IMG/VR virus record: IMGVR_UViG_3300021962_000088
Location: 4,074 to 68,073 of that record
Direction: 5' to 3' (one strand)
From: a virus
Length of the DNA stretch: 64,000 nucleotides
Part shown: piece by piece, positions 56,257 through 63,218 of the stretch
Position numbering within the stretch: the stretch's first letter is position 1
How the letters are laid out: every line of letters begins with the position of its first letter
The notes under the pieces: model-generated
Databases searched by the model: none
Seen by the model: only the letters and a program-made list of their open reading frames with translations
What the model was told of the DNA's origin: nothing
Translations under genes and position numbers: made by a program

Positions 56257-56330
56257 GCCGCTTTAGTTAAATGGTATAACAGTTGCCTTGTAAGCATCAA
56301 TCGTTGGTTCGATTCCATCAAGCGGCACCA
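56257..56330 (+). tRNA. tRNA-Thr(TGT)
   Basis: Acceptor gccgctt/aagcggc, loop ctTGTaa, T-arm gttgg-ttcgatt-ccatc, CCA. Confidence 0.65.
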
Positions 56331-56337
56331 GATCTAT

Positions 56338-56414
56338 TCCCCGATAGCACAGTTGGTAGATGCGTCTGACTGTTAATCAGAATGTCCGTGGTTCGAGCCC
56401 ACGTCGGGGAGCCA
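56338..56414 (+). tRNA. tRNA-Asn(GTT)
   Basis: Acceptor tccccga/tcgggga, loop ctGTTaa, CCA. Confidence 0.7.
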
Positions 56415-56445
56415 TGATAAATATCGTAAGATTCGGAGTACTCTT

Positions 56446-56853
56446 ATGATAATGACAAAAATTGTTTTTAACAGTGAAAATTTATCCTTTAACAATTGGG
56501 ATGAATTTACCCTTTACGGTAAAGCCCTCTTAGGAAATGAGACATTTACTGAGTTAGCCTACGTGCTTACTGATCAAATAGTTGAAGGTAAGATATTGCC
56601 TTATGAAAAATATGATTGGTCAGGTAATGTAGGGTACATACAAAAATATCATAGAGATGCTTTAGAAGCAAAAGACTTTCAACTATTTCTAATAAAGAAT
56701 ACTACATTTATTGAGATGTTTGAAAAATTAAAAGCAGTTGAAATCGCTGTGAAAATCGAAATGTTAGCCTCAGATATTCCAGAAGGACTTAATAATTCTA
56801 GTGAGTTGTTTGTGGACGTAACTGATAGTTCAACGCCTGTAAGATCAAAATAA
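56446..56853 (+). CDS. hypothetical protein embedded in the tRNA array
   Basis: ORF track; ends 3 nt before tRNA-Ala. Confidence 0.4.
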   Translation: MIMTKIVFNSENLSFNNWDEFTLYGKALLGNETFTELAYVLTDQIVEGKILPYEKYDWSGNVGYIQKYHRDALEAKDFQLFLIKNTTFIEMFEKLKAVEIAVKIEMLASDIPEGLNNSSELFVDVTDSSTPVRSK

Positions 56854-56855
56854 TC

Positions 56856-56930
56856 GGGGATATGGTATAGTTGGGAACACACTAGCCTTGCACGCTTGAG
56901 TCCGGGGTTCGAATCCCCGTATCTCCACCA
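56856..56930 (+). tRNA. tRNA-Ala(TGC)
   Basis: G3:U70 identity pair (ggGgata/tatcTcc), loop ctTGCac, CCA. Confidence 0.7.
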
Positions 56931-56937
56931 AGTTCAT

Positions 56938-57016
56938 CGGAGTGTAGGATAGTCTGGTTCATTCCGCCTGCTTTGGGAGCAGGATGTCGCAGGTTCGAAT
57001 CCTGCCACTCCGACCA
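56938..57016 (+). tRNA. tRNA-Pro(TGG)
   Basis: Acceptor cggagtg/cactccg, stem cctgc/gcagg with loop ttTGGga, CCA. Confidence 0.65.
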
Positions 57017-57021
57017 ATATT

Positions 57022-57095
57022 GCCTCGTTAGTTTAATGGTAGAACTCCGTCTTTACACGGCGGTTACGGCAGTTCGATTCTGTCACGAGGTACCA
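57022..57095 (+). tRNA. tRNA-Val(TAC)
   Basis: Acceptor gcctcgt/acgaggt, stem ccgtc/ggcgg with loop ttTACac, CCA. Confidence 0.65.
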
Positions 57096-57101
57096 AACAA
57101 T

Positions 57102-57177
57102 GCACCGTTCGTCTATCGGTCTAGGACACTACCCTTTCACGGTAGGAAGAGGGGTTCGATTCCCCTACGGTGTACCA
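57102..57177 (+). tRNA. tRNA-Glu(TTC)
   Basis: Stem ctacc/ggtag with loop ctTTCac, T-arm agggg-ttcgatt-cccct, CCA. Confidence 0.65.
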
Positions 57178-57184
57178 GTTTAAT

Positions 57185-57260
57185 GCGGGTGTAGCTCAGT
57201 TGGTAGAGCACTTCCTTGCCAAGGAAGATGTCGTCAGTTCGAACCTGATCACCCGCTCCA
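57185..57260 (+). tRNA. tRNA-Gly(GCC)
   Basis: gcgggtg...cacccgc acceptor, loop ttGCCaa, CCA. Confidence 0.75.
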
Positions 57261-57270
57261 AAGTTTTTAT

Positions 57271-57362
57271 GCCTCTGTAGTTTAACGGTAAAACAGCGGA
57301 TTTATATCCCGTGTGCAACAGATAATTGGCCAATGTGGGTTCGACTCCCGCCGGAGGCACCA
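57271..57362 (+). tRNA. atypical 92-nt tRNA, isotype unresolved (anticodon-loop candidate ttTATat, long extra region)
   Basis: Clear acceptor (gcctctg/cggaggc), D-arm, T-arm gtggg-ttcgact-cccgc and CCA; the anticodon arm gcgga-tttatat-cccgt carries an A·C mismatch; a 23-nt region containing the palindrome attggccaat lies before the T-arm. Confidence 0.4.
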
Positions 57363-57374
57363 ATTAAAATTTAT

Positions 57375-57450
57375 TACTCGGTGGTGTTTAACGGCAGCAC
57401 GACGGTCTCCAAAACCGCTAGTGGGGGTTCGAATCCCTCCCGGGTAGCCA
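57375..57450 (+). tRNA. tRNA-Trp(CCA)
   Basis: Loop ctCCAaa, T-arm ggggg-ttcgaat-ccctc, CCA. Confidence 0.65.
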
Positions 57451-57456
57451 AACAAC

Positions 57457-57534
57457 GTGAGGATGGCAGAGAGGCCCAATGCGAGAGTCTGCAAAACTCT
57501 AAAGCCGTCGGTTCGAATCCGACTCCTCACTCCA
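57457..57534 (+). tRNA. tRNA-Cys(GCA)
   Basis: Acceptor gtgagga/tcctcac, stem agagt/actct with loop ctGCAaa, CCA. Confidence 0.65.
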
Positions 57535-57540
57535 GGTAAT

Positions 57541-57621
57541 GCCCCTGTGGCCAAATTGGTAAAGGCGGCTCTCTCAAAAGGAGTGTCATAACTATCGGTT
57601 CGAATCCGATTAGGGGCACCA
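57541..57621 (+). tRNA. tRNA-Leu(CAA), short variable arm
   Basis: Acceptor gcccctg/taggggc, stem gctct/ggagt with loop ctCAAaa, 9-nt variable region, CCA. Confidence 0.55.
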
Positions 57622-57629
57622 AAATTTAT

Positions 57630-57719
57630 GGAAGTGTGGCAGAGTCCGGTTTATTGCACCTGTCTTGAAAACAGACGATCAGAAATGGTCCGTGAGTTCG
57701 AATCTCACCGCTTCCGCCA
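57630..57719 (+). tRNA. tRNA-Ser(TGA), class II
   Basis: Loop ctTGAaa, long variable hairpin, T-arm gtgag-ttcgaat-ctcac, CCA. Confidence 0.7.
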
Positions 57720-58403
57720 TTATACAGTTGATATCACCATATCAGCTATAATCTTATTGGTGTCTGGTCCGTAGTGTCCAATATCTCTAGCATAGTCTAT
57801 ACGAGTTATACTATCTAATTGAAAATGTATAAATTTAGCACCTATTGACTCTGAAAGATGCTGTATAGCATAGAGATTTTTTAAGTGATTATACTTTAAA
57901 TTATTTTCATTCGAGATCCATTCTTTGTAAAATGATGAATGATTCTCAGACGATACTAGCATAATATGAGGCTTGACACGATTTATTTCAAACCATTCAA
58001 ATCTCGAAGCTTCGGGACTTTGATATAAAACAATTTTTGGTCGCAGTTGATGTATCCAATTGACTGCCATTCTAAAACAGGTGTCGGCACTAGCACCGTC
58101 TATGGATAGATTAAAATTAGCTAGGCCTAGTTTTTTACTAATGATATATGACCAGGTTGATTCATAAGGAATCCCCATACCCATAGTAAAACTACAACCC
58201 AGTGACACTAGATTATCAGTTTCGAAAAATTCATCGGATCTAAAACCGTAAGAATTAAATTGATAATCTATGTTTTTTGATAATGACCATTTGATACGAT
58301 GATCTAGAACATTTTTACGAAATCGTTCTTCAGTATCGTAGCCATGCCATAATAAAGTTTTATTTCGATGTTTTTCATTTACATGTGGTGCTGGTTCATA
58401 CAT
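57720..58403 (-). CDS. hypothetical protein, distant paralog of the 36592..37422 SGNH-like ORF (GCSFT vs GDSFT)
   Basis: 227-aa minus-strand ORF filling the gap between tRNA-Ser and tRNA-Ile. Confidence 0.4.
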   Translation of the reverse strand: MYEPAPHVNEKHRNKTLLWHGYDTEERFRKNVLDHRIKWSLSKNIDYQFNSYGFRSDEFFETDNLVSLGCSFTMGMGIPYESTWSYIISKKLGLANFNLSIDGASADTCFRMAVNWIHQLRPKIVLYQSPEASRFEWFEINRVKPHIMLVSSENHSSFYKEWISNENNLKYNHLKNLYAIQHLSESIGAKFIHFQLDSITRIDYARDIGHYGPDTNKIIADMVISTV

Positions 58404-58417
58404 GTGAATATTTATTT

Positions 58418-58491
58418 GCCTCTATAGTTAAATGGTATAACAGTCGGCTGATAACCGGCCATTCCACGTTCAATTCGTGGTGGAGGCACCA
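58418..58491 (+). tRNA. tRNA-Ile(GAT)
   Basis: Stem gtcgg/ccggc with loop ctGATaa, CCA. Confidence 0.7.
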
Positions 58492-58668
58492 TTATAAGGA
58501 GAAAACAAAATGGGGCGATCGCAGTTTTACTCATGCTTGTAGTGTTGATATATTTTATCGACAAAAATTTAAAATAGGAGAATGACATGAAACGTGGTAA
58601 ACGTTAGTGTCAACCTTGACCCCGTATTGGTCCTGGTTGGCACATTAAATCAAATTAATTACGACCAA

Positions 58669-58743
58669 CCTTGCTAAACTTTGCTGGCGAAGTAACCGGC
58701 TCTTACCCGGTAAAACAGAGTTCGATTCTCTGAGCAAGGACCA
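58669..58743 (+). tRNA. tRNA-Lys(CTT)
   Basis: Stem accgg/ccggt with loop ctCTTac, T-arm cagag-ttcgatt-ctctg, CCA; C1:G72. Confidence 0.6.
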
Positions 58744-58746
58744 TAC

Positions 58747-58821
58747 GGGGGTATAACTTAACGGCTAAAGTAGTAGGCTTTTAACCTATTAATCAGAGTT
58801 CGATTCTCTGTGCCCCTACCA
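58747..58821 (+). tRNA. tRNA-Lys(TTT)
   Basis: Stem gtagg/cctat with loop ctTTTaa, same D- and T-arms as the Lys(CTT) neighbour, CCA. Confidence 0.65.
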
Positions 58822-58915
58822 TATAAAAACACATTACTTGCCCGACCGTAAAAGTCGTGGTAAACTACAAGAGAAGTGGGTTCGAGTCCCGGGGACTGGT
58901 AGTGTGTTTCTATAT

Positions 58916-58991
58916 GGTAACGTAGCATAGCGGCTAATGCGACACCTTCATACGGTGTTTATCGTGAGTTCGAGTCTCACCGTTACTACCA
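58916..58991 (+). tRNA. tRNA-Met(CAT) (elongator or Ile-lysidine type)
   Basis: Acceptor ggtaacg/cgttact, stem acacc/ggtgt with loop ttCATac, CCA. Confidence 0.65.
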
Positions 58992-59222
58992 AGTTTTGTA
59001 AGTGTCAGCAAGTACAGTCACGCTATCTAGGTAAGTTCGAACTACCGAAATAGTAGAAGGGGACGGGTTCAACTCCCGGCTGCTCGGAAGAGCGGTGCAG
59101 ATTGGTTGCTAACTGGACAGGTACCCAAGTGATATCCATCGCGAGCGAGGTCAGGCTAGGCGGCCGGTAGGTCCTGAATAAATCTACGATAAAAGTGACG
59201 TAGGCTTACAAATTCATTTTGT

Positions 59223-59297
59223 TGGGGTGTGGTGTAATTGGTAACACAACAGACTTTGACTCTGTCGTCTCAGGTTCGATCCCTGACACCCCTGCCA
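59223..59297 (+). tRNA. tRNA-Gln(TTG)
   Basis: Weak 1:72 pair (T·T), stem acaga/tctgt with loop ctTTGac, CCA. Confidence 0.6.
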
Positions 59298-59298
59298 T

Positions 59299-59372
59299 GC
59301 TCTTGTAGTTAAATGGTATAACACATTCTTGGTAAGAATGAATTTCAAGTTCAATTCTTGGCTAGAGCACCA
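59299..59372 (+). tRNA. tRNA-Thr(GGT)
   Basis: Stem cattc/gaatg with loop ttGGTaa, CCA. Confidence 0.65.
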
Positions 59373-59376
59373 TATT

Positions 59377-59451
59377 CGGCCTGTAGCTCAGTGGAAGAGT
59401 TCTGGTCTTCGAAACCAGCTGTCGGGAGTTCGAATCTCTCCAGGCCGGCCA
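59377..59451 (+). tRNA. tRNA-Arg(TCG)
   Basis: cggcctgtagctcagtgg..., stem ctggt/accag with loop ctTCGaa, CCA. Confidence 0.7.
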
Positions 59452-59467
59452 TATTTAGGAGATTGTT

Positions 59468-59674
59468 ATGAAACCAACAATGTTTAAAAATCGTTTTAAT
59501 AACGAGCATTTTGTCTGTGACGATATCCGTATGACTGAAACAATCGAAGGAGTCGAGTACATTGTTGTACATCGACTTAATGAGCATCGTCCGCTCAAGA
59601 TGCGTCGCGATGCTCTAGAACGTATTAATACGCCTGTAACTCAGAGGAATCAGAGTACTACCTTGCGAAGGTAG
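59468..59674 (+). CDS. small ORF with good SD (aggagattgttATG) whose 3' end runs 45 nt into tRNA-Arg(GCG)
   Basis: ORF track; overlap with a tRNA makes the C-terminal portion doubtful. Confidence 0.3.
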   Translation: MKPTMFKNRFNNEHFVCDDIRMTETIEGVEYIVVHRLNEHRPLKMRRDALERINTPVTQRNQSTTLRR

Positions 59675-59707
59675 GAGTCGAAGGTTCGAATCCTTCCAGG
59701 CGTGCCA
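59630..59707 (+). tRNA. tRNA-Arg(GCG) (unusual anticodon for bacteria)
   Basis: Acceptor acgcctg/caggcgt, stem ctacc/ggtag with loop ttGCGaa, CCA. Confidence 0.55.
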
Positions 59708-59712
59708 ACAAT

Positions 59713-59786
59713 ATCGCGTTGGACTTCTGGGAGGTCACTAGGCTTTCAACCTAGTCAGGCGGGTTCGATCCCCGTACGCGATACCA
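59713..59786 (+). tRNA. tRNA-Glu(TTC), second copy with a different body
   Basis: Acceptor atcgcgt/acgcgat, stem ctagg/cctag with loop ctTTCaa, CCA. Confidence 0.55.
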
Positions 59787-59792
59787 TACAAT

Positions 59793-59866
59793 GGTGTCTT
59801 TAGTGTAGTGGTAGCAAAGCTGACTGTGAATCAGCAGGCGAGGGTTCGATTCCCCAAGGCACCCCA
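59793..59866 (+). tRNA. tRNA-His(GTG) with encoded G-1
   Basis: G-1 opposite discriminator C73, stem gctga/tcagc with loop ctGTGaa, CCA. Confidence 0.65.
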
Positions 59867-59877
59867 AAGGAGTTATT

Positions 59878-60291
59878 ATGGAAGCAGTAAAAACAATAAA
59901 CTACCTAACCGGATCAGTGAGAACATTCGACGAACTGTTAGGACGTACTCTGTACAAGGTAACAGAGGATGGTGACGAACTAAGACTGTATCTTTCGGAT
60001 ACAAACTATGTGCGATTCTATCACAGCCAAAGCTGTTGTGAATCAGTGTACATAGAAGACATCTGCGGAGACTTAAAGGACCTAGTAGGAGCACCATTAG
60101 TAGAAGCGGAAGAAGTATCTGACGAATTGTATGAAGCAGAACATACTCCAGAGTATTCTGAATCATATACTTGGACATTCTACAAGTTTAGGACTCGTAA
60201 GGGTTCTGTGACTGTTCGTTGGTTTGGTTCCAGCAATGGATACTATTCTGAGAGCGTAGATGTAGAAGTAGTTGATACTTCAAGAGACTAA
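59878..60291 (+). CDS. hypothetical acidic protein embedded in the tRNA array
   Basis: SD aaaggagttattATG. Confidence 0.45.
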   Translation: MEAVKTINYLTGSVRTFDELLGRTLYKVTEDGDELRLYLSDTNYVRFYHSQSCCESVYIEDICGDLKDLVGAPLVEAEEVSDELYEAEHTPEYSESYTWTFYKFRTRKGSVTVRWFGSSNGYYSESVDVEVVDTSRD

Positions 60292-60292
60292 T

Positions 60293-60368
60293 GCTGGTTT
60301 AGCTGATGTGGTCATAGCGGCGGTCTGAAGAGCCGTTGAAGTTGGTTCGATTCCAACAGCCAGCACCA
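60293..60368 (+). tRNA. tRNA-Phe(GAA)
   Basis: Stem gcggt/gccgt with loop ctGAAga, T-arm gttgg-ttcgatt-ccaac, CCA. Confidence 0.6.
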
Positions 60369-60377
60369 AAAATTTAG

Positions 60378-60406
60378 TTGACAGAACTTTGCTGTGAACA
60401 TATAAT
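60378..60406 (+). promoter_or_regulatory. sigma70 consensus promoter (TTGACA-17-TATAAT) 10 nt upstream of tRNA-Leu(TAA)
   Basis: Perfect hexamers. Confidence 0.55.
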
Positions 60407-60415
60407 TAAGTCATT

Positions 60416-60501
60416 GCCCGAGTGGTGGAATGGTAGACACAGCAGACTTAAAATCTGCCGCTGTTAAAGGCGTACCGGTTCGAGTCCGGTCTCGGGTACC
60501 A
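60416..60501 (+). tRNA. tRNA-Leu(TAA), class II
   Basis: Stem gcaga/tctgc with loop ctTAAaa, long variable arm, CCA. Confidence 0.7.
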
Positions 60502-60506
60502 TATAA

Positions 60507-60581
60507 CTGGCGTTCGTTCAATGGATAGGACAGGAGTCTTCTAAACTCTAAATAGAGGTTCGATTCCTCTACGCCGGGCCA
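60507..60581 (+). tRNA. tRNA-Arg(TCT)
   Basis: Stem ggagt/actct with loop ctTCTaa, CCA; C1:G72. Confidence 0.6.
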
Positions 60582-60582
60582 T

Positions 60583-60659
60583 GCCCTTGTAGCCGAATTG
60601 GTATAGGCACTACGTTGAGGTCGTAGGTTTTGGAGGTTCGAGTCCTCTCAAGGGTACCA
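60583..60659 (+). tRNA. class-I-shaped tRNA with Leu anticodon GAG (anomalous)
   Basis: 77 nt; perfect stem ctacg/cgtag with loop ttGAGgt; 5-nt variable loop, not the long arm expected for bacterial tRNA-Leu; CCA. Confidence 0.5.
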
Positions 60660-60666
60660 GAAAGTG

Positions 60667-60695
60667 TTGACAAGAAATGTTTTAGAGCATACAAT
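60667..60695 (+). promoter_or_regulatory. sigma70 consensus promoter (TTGACA-17-TACAAT) upstream of tRNA-Leu(TAG)
   Basis: Consensus hexamers. Confidence 0.5.
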
Positions 60696-60756
60696 ATATA
60701 GATGCTGTTAACAAATACAGCAACAAATGTTCTTTAAAACTGTTAGATAAATTTTT

Positions 60757-60840
60757 GCCCCGGTGGTGGAATGGTAGACACGCTGGTCTTAGAAGCCAGT
60801 GTCGCAAGGCGTGAGAGTTCGAGTCTCTCCTGGGGCACCA
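60757..60840 (+). tRNA. tRNA-Leu(TAG), class II
   Basis: Stem ctggt/gccag with loop ctTAGaa, long variable arm, CCA. Confidence 0.65.
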
Positions 60841-60989
60841 TTAGAAGTAGCATAGCTCGTCGGTCTATGATCAAGACTAACCTTGTTCGAAGCGGAAAGC
60901 CTATGATACTAGTAACTGTCTACTGTAAGTAGGCAACAATAGGTAGCAAGAGAATAGTAAACTGTGCTACTCCTAATGGTAAAGATTTA

Positions 60990-61081
60990 GGAAGGTTGGA
61001 TGAGTGGCTTAAATCAGCAGTTTGCTAAACTGCGGGGTGCCGTAAGGTGCCCCGAGGGTTCGAATCCCTCACCTTCCACCA
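60990..61081 (+). tRNA. tRNA-Ser(GCT), class II
   Basis: Stem gcagt/actgc with loop ttGCTaa, long variable hairpin, T-arm gaggg-ttcgaat-ccctc, CCA. Confidence 0.7.
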
Positions 61082-61115
61082 AGAAGAAATGATAATTAAA
61101 ACAAAAGGAATCCTA

Positions 61116-61289
61116 TGTTAAAACCCAGTGCTAACTTCAGAATGTCTAAGCAGTCCAAACGATTTTTGGCAACGATCGTCGATCCTCATAAGCGAAGTGA
61201 ATTTAAAAGATCAGCTATTCAATCAGAACTAGCAGCCGCTATCCAACCCAGAGTCTCTAAAGGAAAGAGAGACGCTAAGGAGGAATAAC
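61116..61289 (+). CDS. small basic protein (57 aa)
   Basis: SD aaaaggaatcctATG. Confidence 0.35.
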
Positions 61290-61475
61290 ATGGCAGGCAA
61301 AGGTTCTAGACCAAGACCATTTACTGTAAGCCAAGAAGAATTTGGCAATAGATTTGATGCGATTTTTGGCAAGAAGAAAAAGACTGACGCTGAAAAGTTT
61401 GACGAAGCGATCATGAAAGACGAATACTACGATTTAGATAAGGAAGATAAAAATGCAGATCAAAGCGGTTGCTGA
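61290..61475 (+). CDS. small protein (61 aa)
   Basis: Strong SD aaggaggaataacATG. Confidence 0.45.
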   Translation: MAGKGSRPRPFTVSQEEFGNRFDAIFGKKKKTDAEKFDEAIMKDEYYDLDKEDKNADQSGC

Positions 61476-61622
61476 AAACGAAGAATTTGGTAAGTGTGGT
61501 TGCGGTCGTAGCCCTACTGGCAAGTGTATTGGGTGGCATGGGCTATCTGAAGAACAGTTTCGTGAAGAACTAGCGATCTACGAAGCCGAGCTATTGAAAA
61601 GTTTCGACGAAGATAAAAACTA
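61453..61622 (+). CDS. small Cys-containing protein (56 aa, GKCGCGRSPTGKC)
   Basis: SD aaggaagataaaaATG. Confidence 0.35.
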
Positions 61623-61638
61623 ATTTTACCAAAAAGCA

Positions 61639-61667
61639 TTGACTCTGATAGAGCATGATGCTATAAT
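61639..61667 (+). promoter_or_regulatory. sigma70 consensus promoter (TTGACT-17-TATAAT) driving a roughly 240-nt ORF-less segment
   Basis: The only ORF on the track here (61639..61836) starts inside the promoter, so a non-coding transcript is more likely. Confidence 0.5.
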
Positions 61668-61912
61668 TGTTTTGTTGTGTAGCAATACACAACCGGTGAA
61701 GCGAAGGGTAGATGAGGATAGACACACAGGAATGAGCTTCATGCTTACTCCGAACTTACAATCCAACTTGAAATTGGAACGTGTTTATGTGATCCGATCC
61801 CTAATAGAATGTCATTTGTTAATCGGAAATATATAGACCTCTGTGTATTGTACTTTGTACATTGTCATAGAAAGATTACAACTCTTTCATTGTCTATTGT
61901 CCGGTCTATTAC

Positions 61913-61941
61913 TTGACCTTTCGTCGACCCGTCATTATAAC
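61913..61941 (+). promoter_or_regulatory. sigma70-like promoter (TTGACC-17-TATAAC) upstream of the rpoZ homolog
   Basis: Consensus -35 with 17-bp spacer. Confidence 0.45.
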
Positions 61942-61954
61942 ATAAGGATAGCAA

Positions 61955-62182
61955 ATGGCAAGAATCACTTCTCAAAAGGCAGCACTAAGATTTGGTGGAC
62001 TGTTTGATCTTGTTCTCGGAGCAAGTCAACGAGCTAGAGAACTCAAGAACGGATCAACACCTAAAATTAAAACCGACAATGGCCCAATCGTAACTGCGTT
62101 AAAAGAGATTGAGGAAGGTCTTTATACTAAAGAAGATTATCTAAAAAAACTGCCTCGTAAAGAAAAAGGAAAATGGGAATGA
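61955..62182 (+). CDS. rpoZ: RNA polymerase omega subunit homolog
   Basis: MARITSQKAALRFGGLFDLVLGASQRAREL...ALKEIEEGL aligns with E. coli RpoZ [30 protein letters not shown]...ALREIEEGL. Confidence 0.7.
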   Translation: MARITSQKAALRFGGLFDLVLGASQRARELKNGSTPKIKTDNGPIVTALKEIEEGLYTKEDYLKKLPRKEKGKWE

Positions 62183-62751
62183 ACATCACACTAAGAAAAG
62201 CTAACGCTATCCAAAATGCCATCACTGAAGCAATAAAAAATATCAAGATGGAATCTCGTATTGAAATTAACGAATTCCAGGACGCTGAAAAATTTATCAG
62301 CGAAGCAAATGCCCTATTATTTGCCAACGATAATCGTAGACAAAAACTGTTGTTGTCTTTGTACAATATCAGAGGGCTAGTAGGAGCAGCCAATGCCCAA
62401 AGCGGTATTGATCTAAGTCTTACCAAGGCGGCATTTATAGATAAGAGAATTTCTCAATTACAAGAGTTTGCCTCTAATGATCCTCGGATTGACGGATTAG
62501 TCATCTCAGGAAAACTAGAAAAAATCCGCAATCGCAAGGAAGAAAGTCGTGCGAGCCTTTACGGTCGAGATGACACTGTAACAACCTCTGTGCTCTATCA
62601 AGAACAACTAGATGGAGTCAAAGTTGAGATTTTGAATCTCAAGAAGCAGAAACAAAAGCTCAACGACGAGATCCTTGAGTTAAACATCAAGACCGAGATT
62701 CCTTTAACTGATGAAGTTGTAGCAACACTTCAAGCAGAAGGACTGCTCTAA
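62173..62751 (+). CDS. hypothetical coiled-coil protein
   Basis: ORF track; ATGA overlap with rpoZ. Confidence 0.4.
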   Translation: MGMNITLRKANAIQNAITEAIKNIKMESRIEINEFQDAEKFISEANALLFANDNRRQKLLLSLYNIRGLVGAANAQSGIDLSLTKAAFIDKRISQLQEFASNDPRIDGLVISGKLEKIRNRKEESRASLYGRDDTVTTSVLYQEQLDGVKVEILNLKKQKQKLNDEILELNIKTEIPLTDEVVATLQAEGLL

Positions 62752-62966
62752 GAACCCCGGTTTACACTTTTACGTTATATAAAGTGGGCGATTGTCGCAG
62801 CCATACAGACAGGGTGAGATTGATCAAACCCCAAGGCCCGCGATCATGGGCGACTTGAGAAAATCAATCGGGCAGAAGTGAAACTGACCTATATGCAAAT
62901 ATCAACGGACAGAGCAACAGCTCAGTCTAGGGCGGAACAGGGAACCGTAGCTAGACACTGAACAAT

Positions 62967-63040
62967 CGCGGGATGGAGAAGCGGCATCTCAGGAGTCTCA
63001 TAAGCTCCAGTCCCTGGTTCGATTCCAGGTCCCGCAACCA
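62967..63040 (+). tRNA. initiator-like tRNA-Met(CAT) with C1·A72 mismatch
   Basis: cgcgggaTGGAG... start identical to the E. coli tRNA-fMet 5' end; acceptor cgcggga/tcccgca leaves C1 opposite A72; stem ggagt/gctcc with loop ctCATaa; ends ...CGCAACCA. Confidence 0.6.
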
Positions 63041-63103
63041 GTCACCCTTACACACGGTGTATAATAAGATAAGTAGTGTGTAACCTATTAACTGCGGGGT
63101 TCG

Positions 63104-63177
63104 TATAGTGGTAATACCTTAGCCTTCCAAGCTAAAGCGGAGAGTTCGATTCTCTTACCCCGCTCCACACAACAAGG
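63104..63177 (+). tRNA. tRNA-Gly(TCC)
   Basis: gcggggt...accccgc acceptor, stem ttagc/gctaa with loop ctTCCaa, CCA. Confidence 0.7.
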
Positions 63178-63218
63178 CTCCTGCCAATGAGTTATAAACT
63201 TACGCAGGAGTTTTTCAT

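Noticed and set aside
58822-58915. Possible additional tRNA between tRNA-Lys(TTT) and tRNA-Met
   Set aside because: T-arm-like gtggg-ttcgagt-ccc is present but no complementary acceptor strands; treated as a tRNA remnant.
61639-61836. 65-aa ORF starting inside the TTGACT-17-TATAAT promoter
   Set aside because: Its start codon would lie upstream of the transcription start site.
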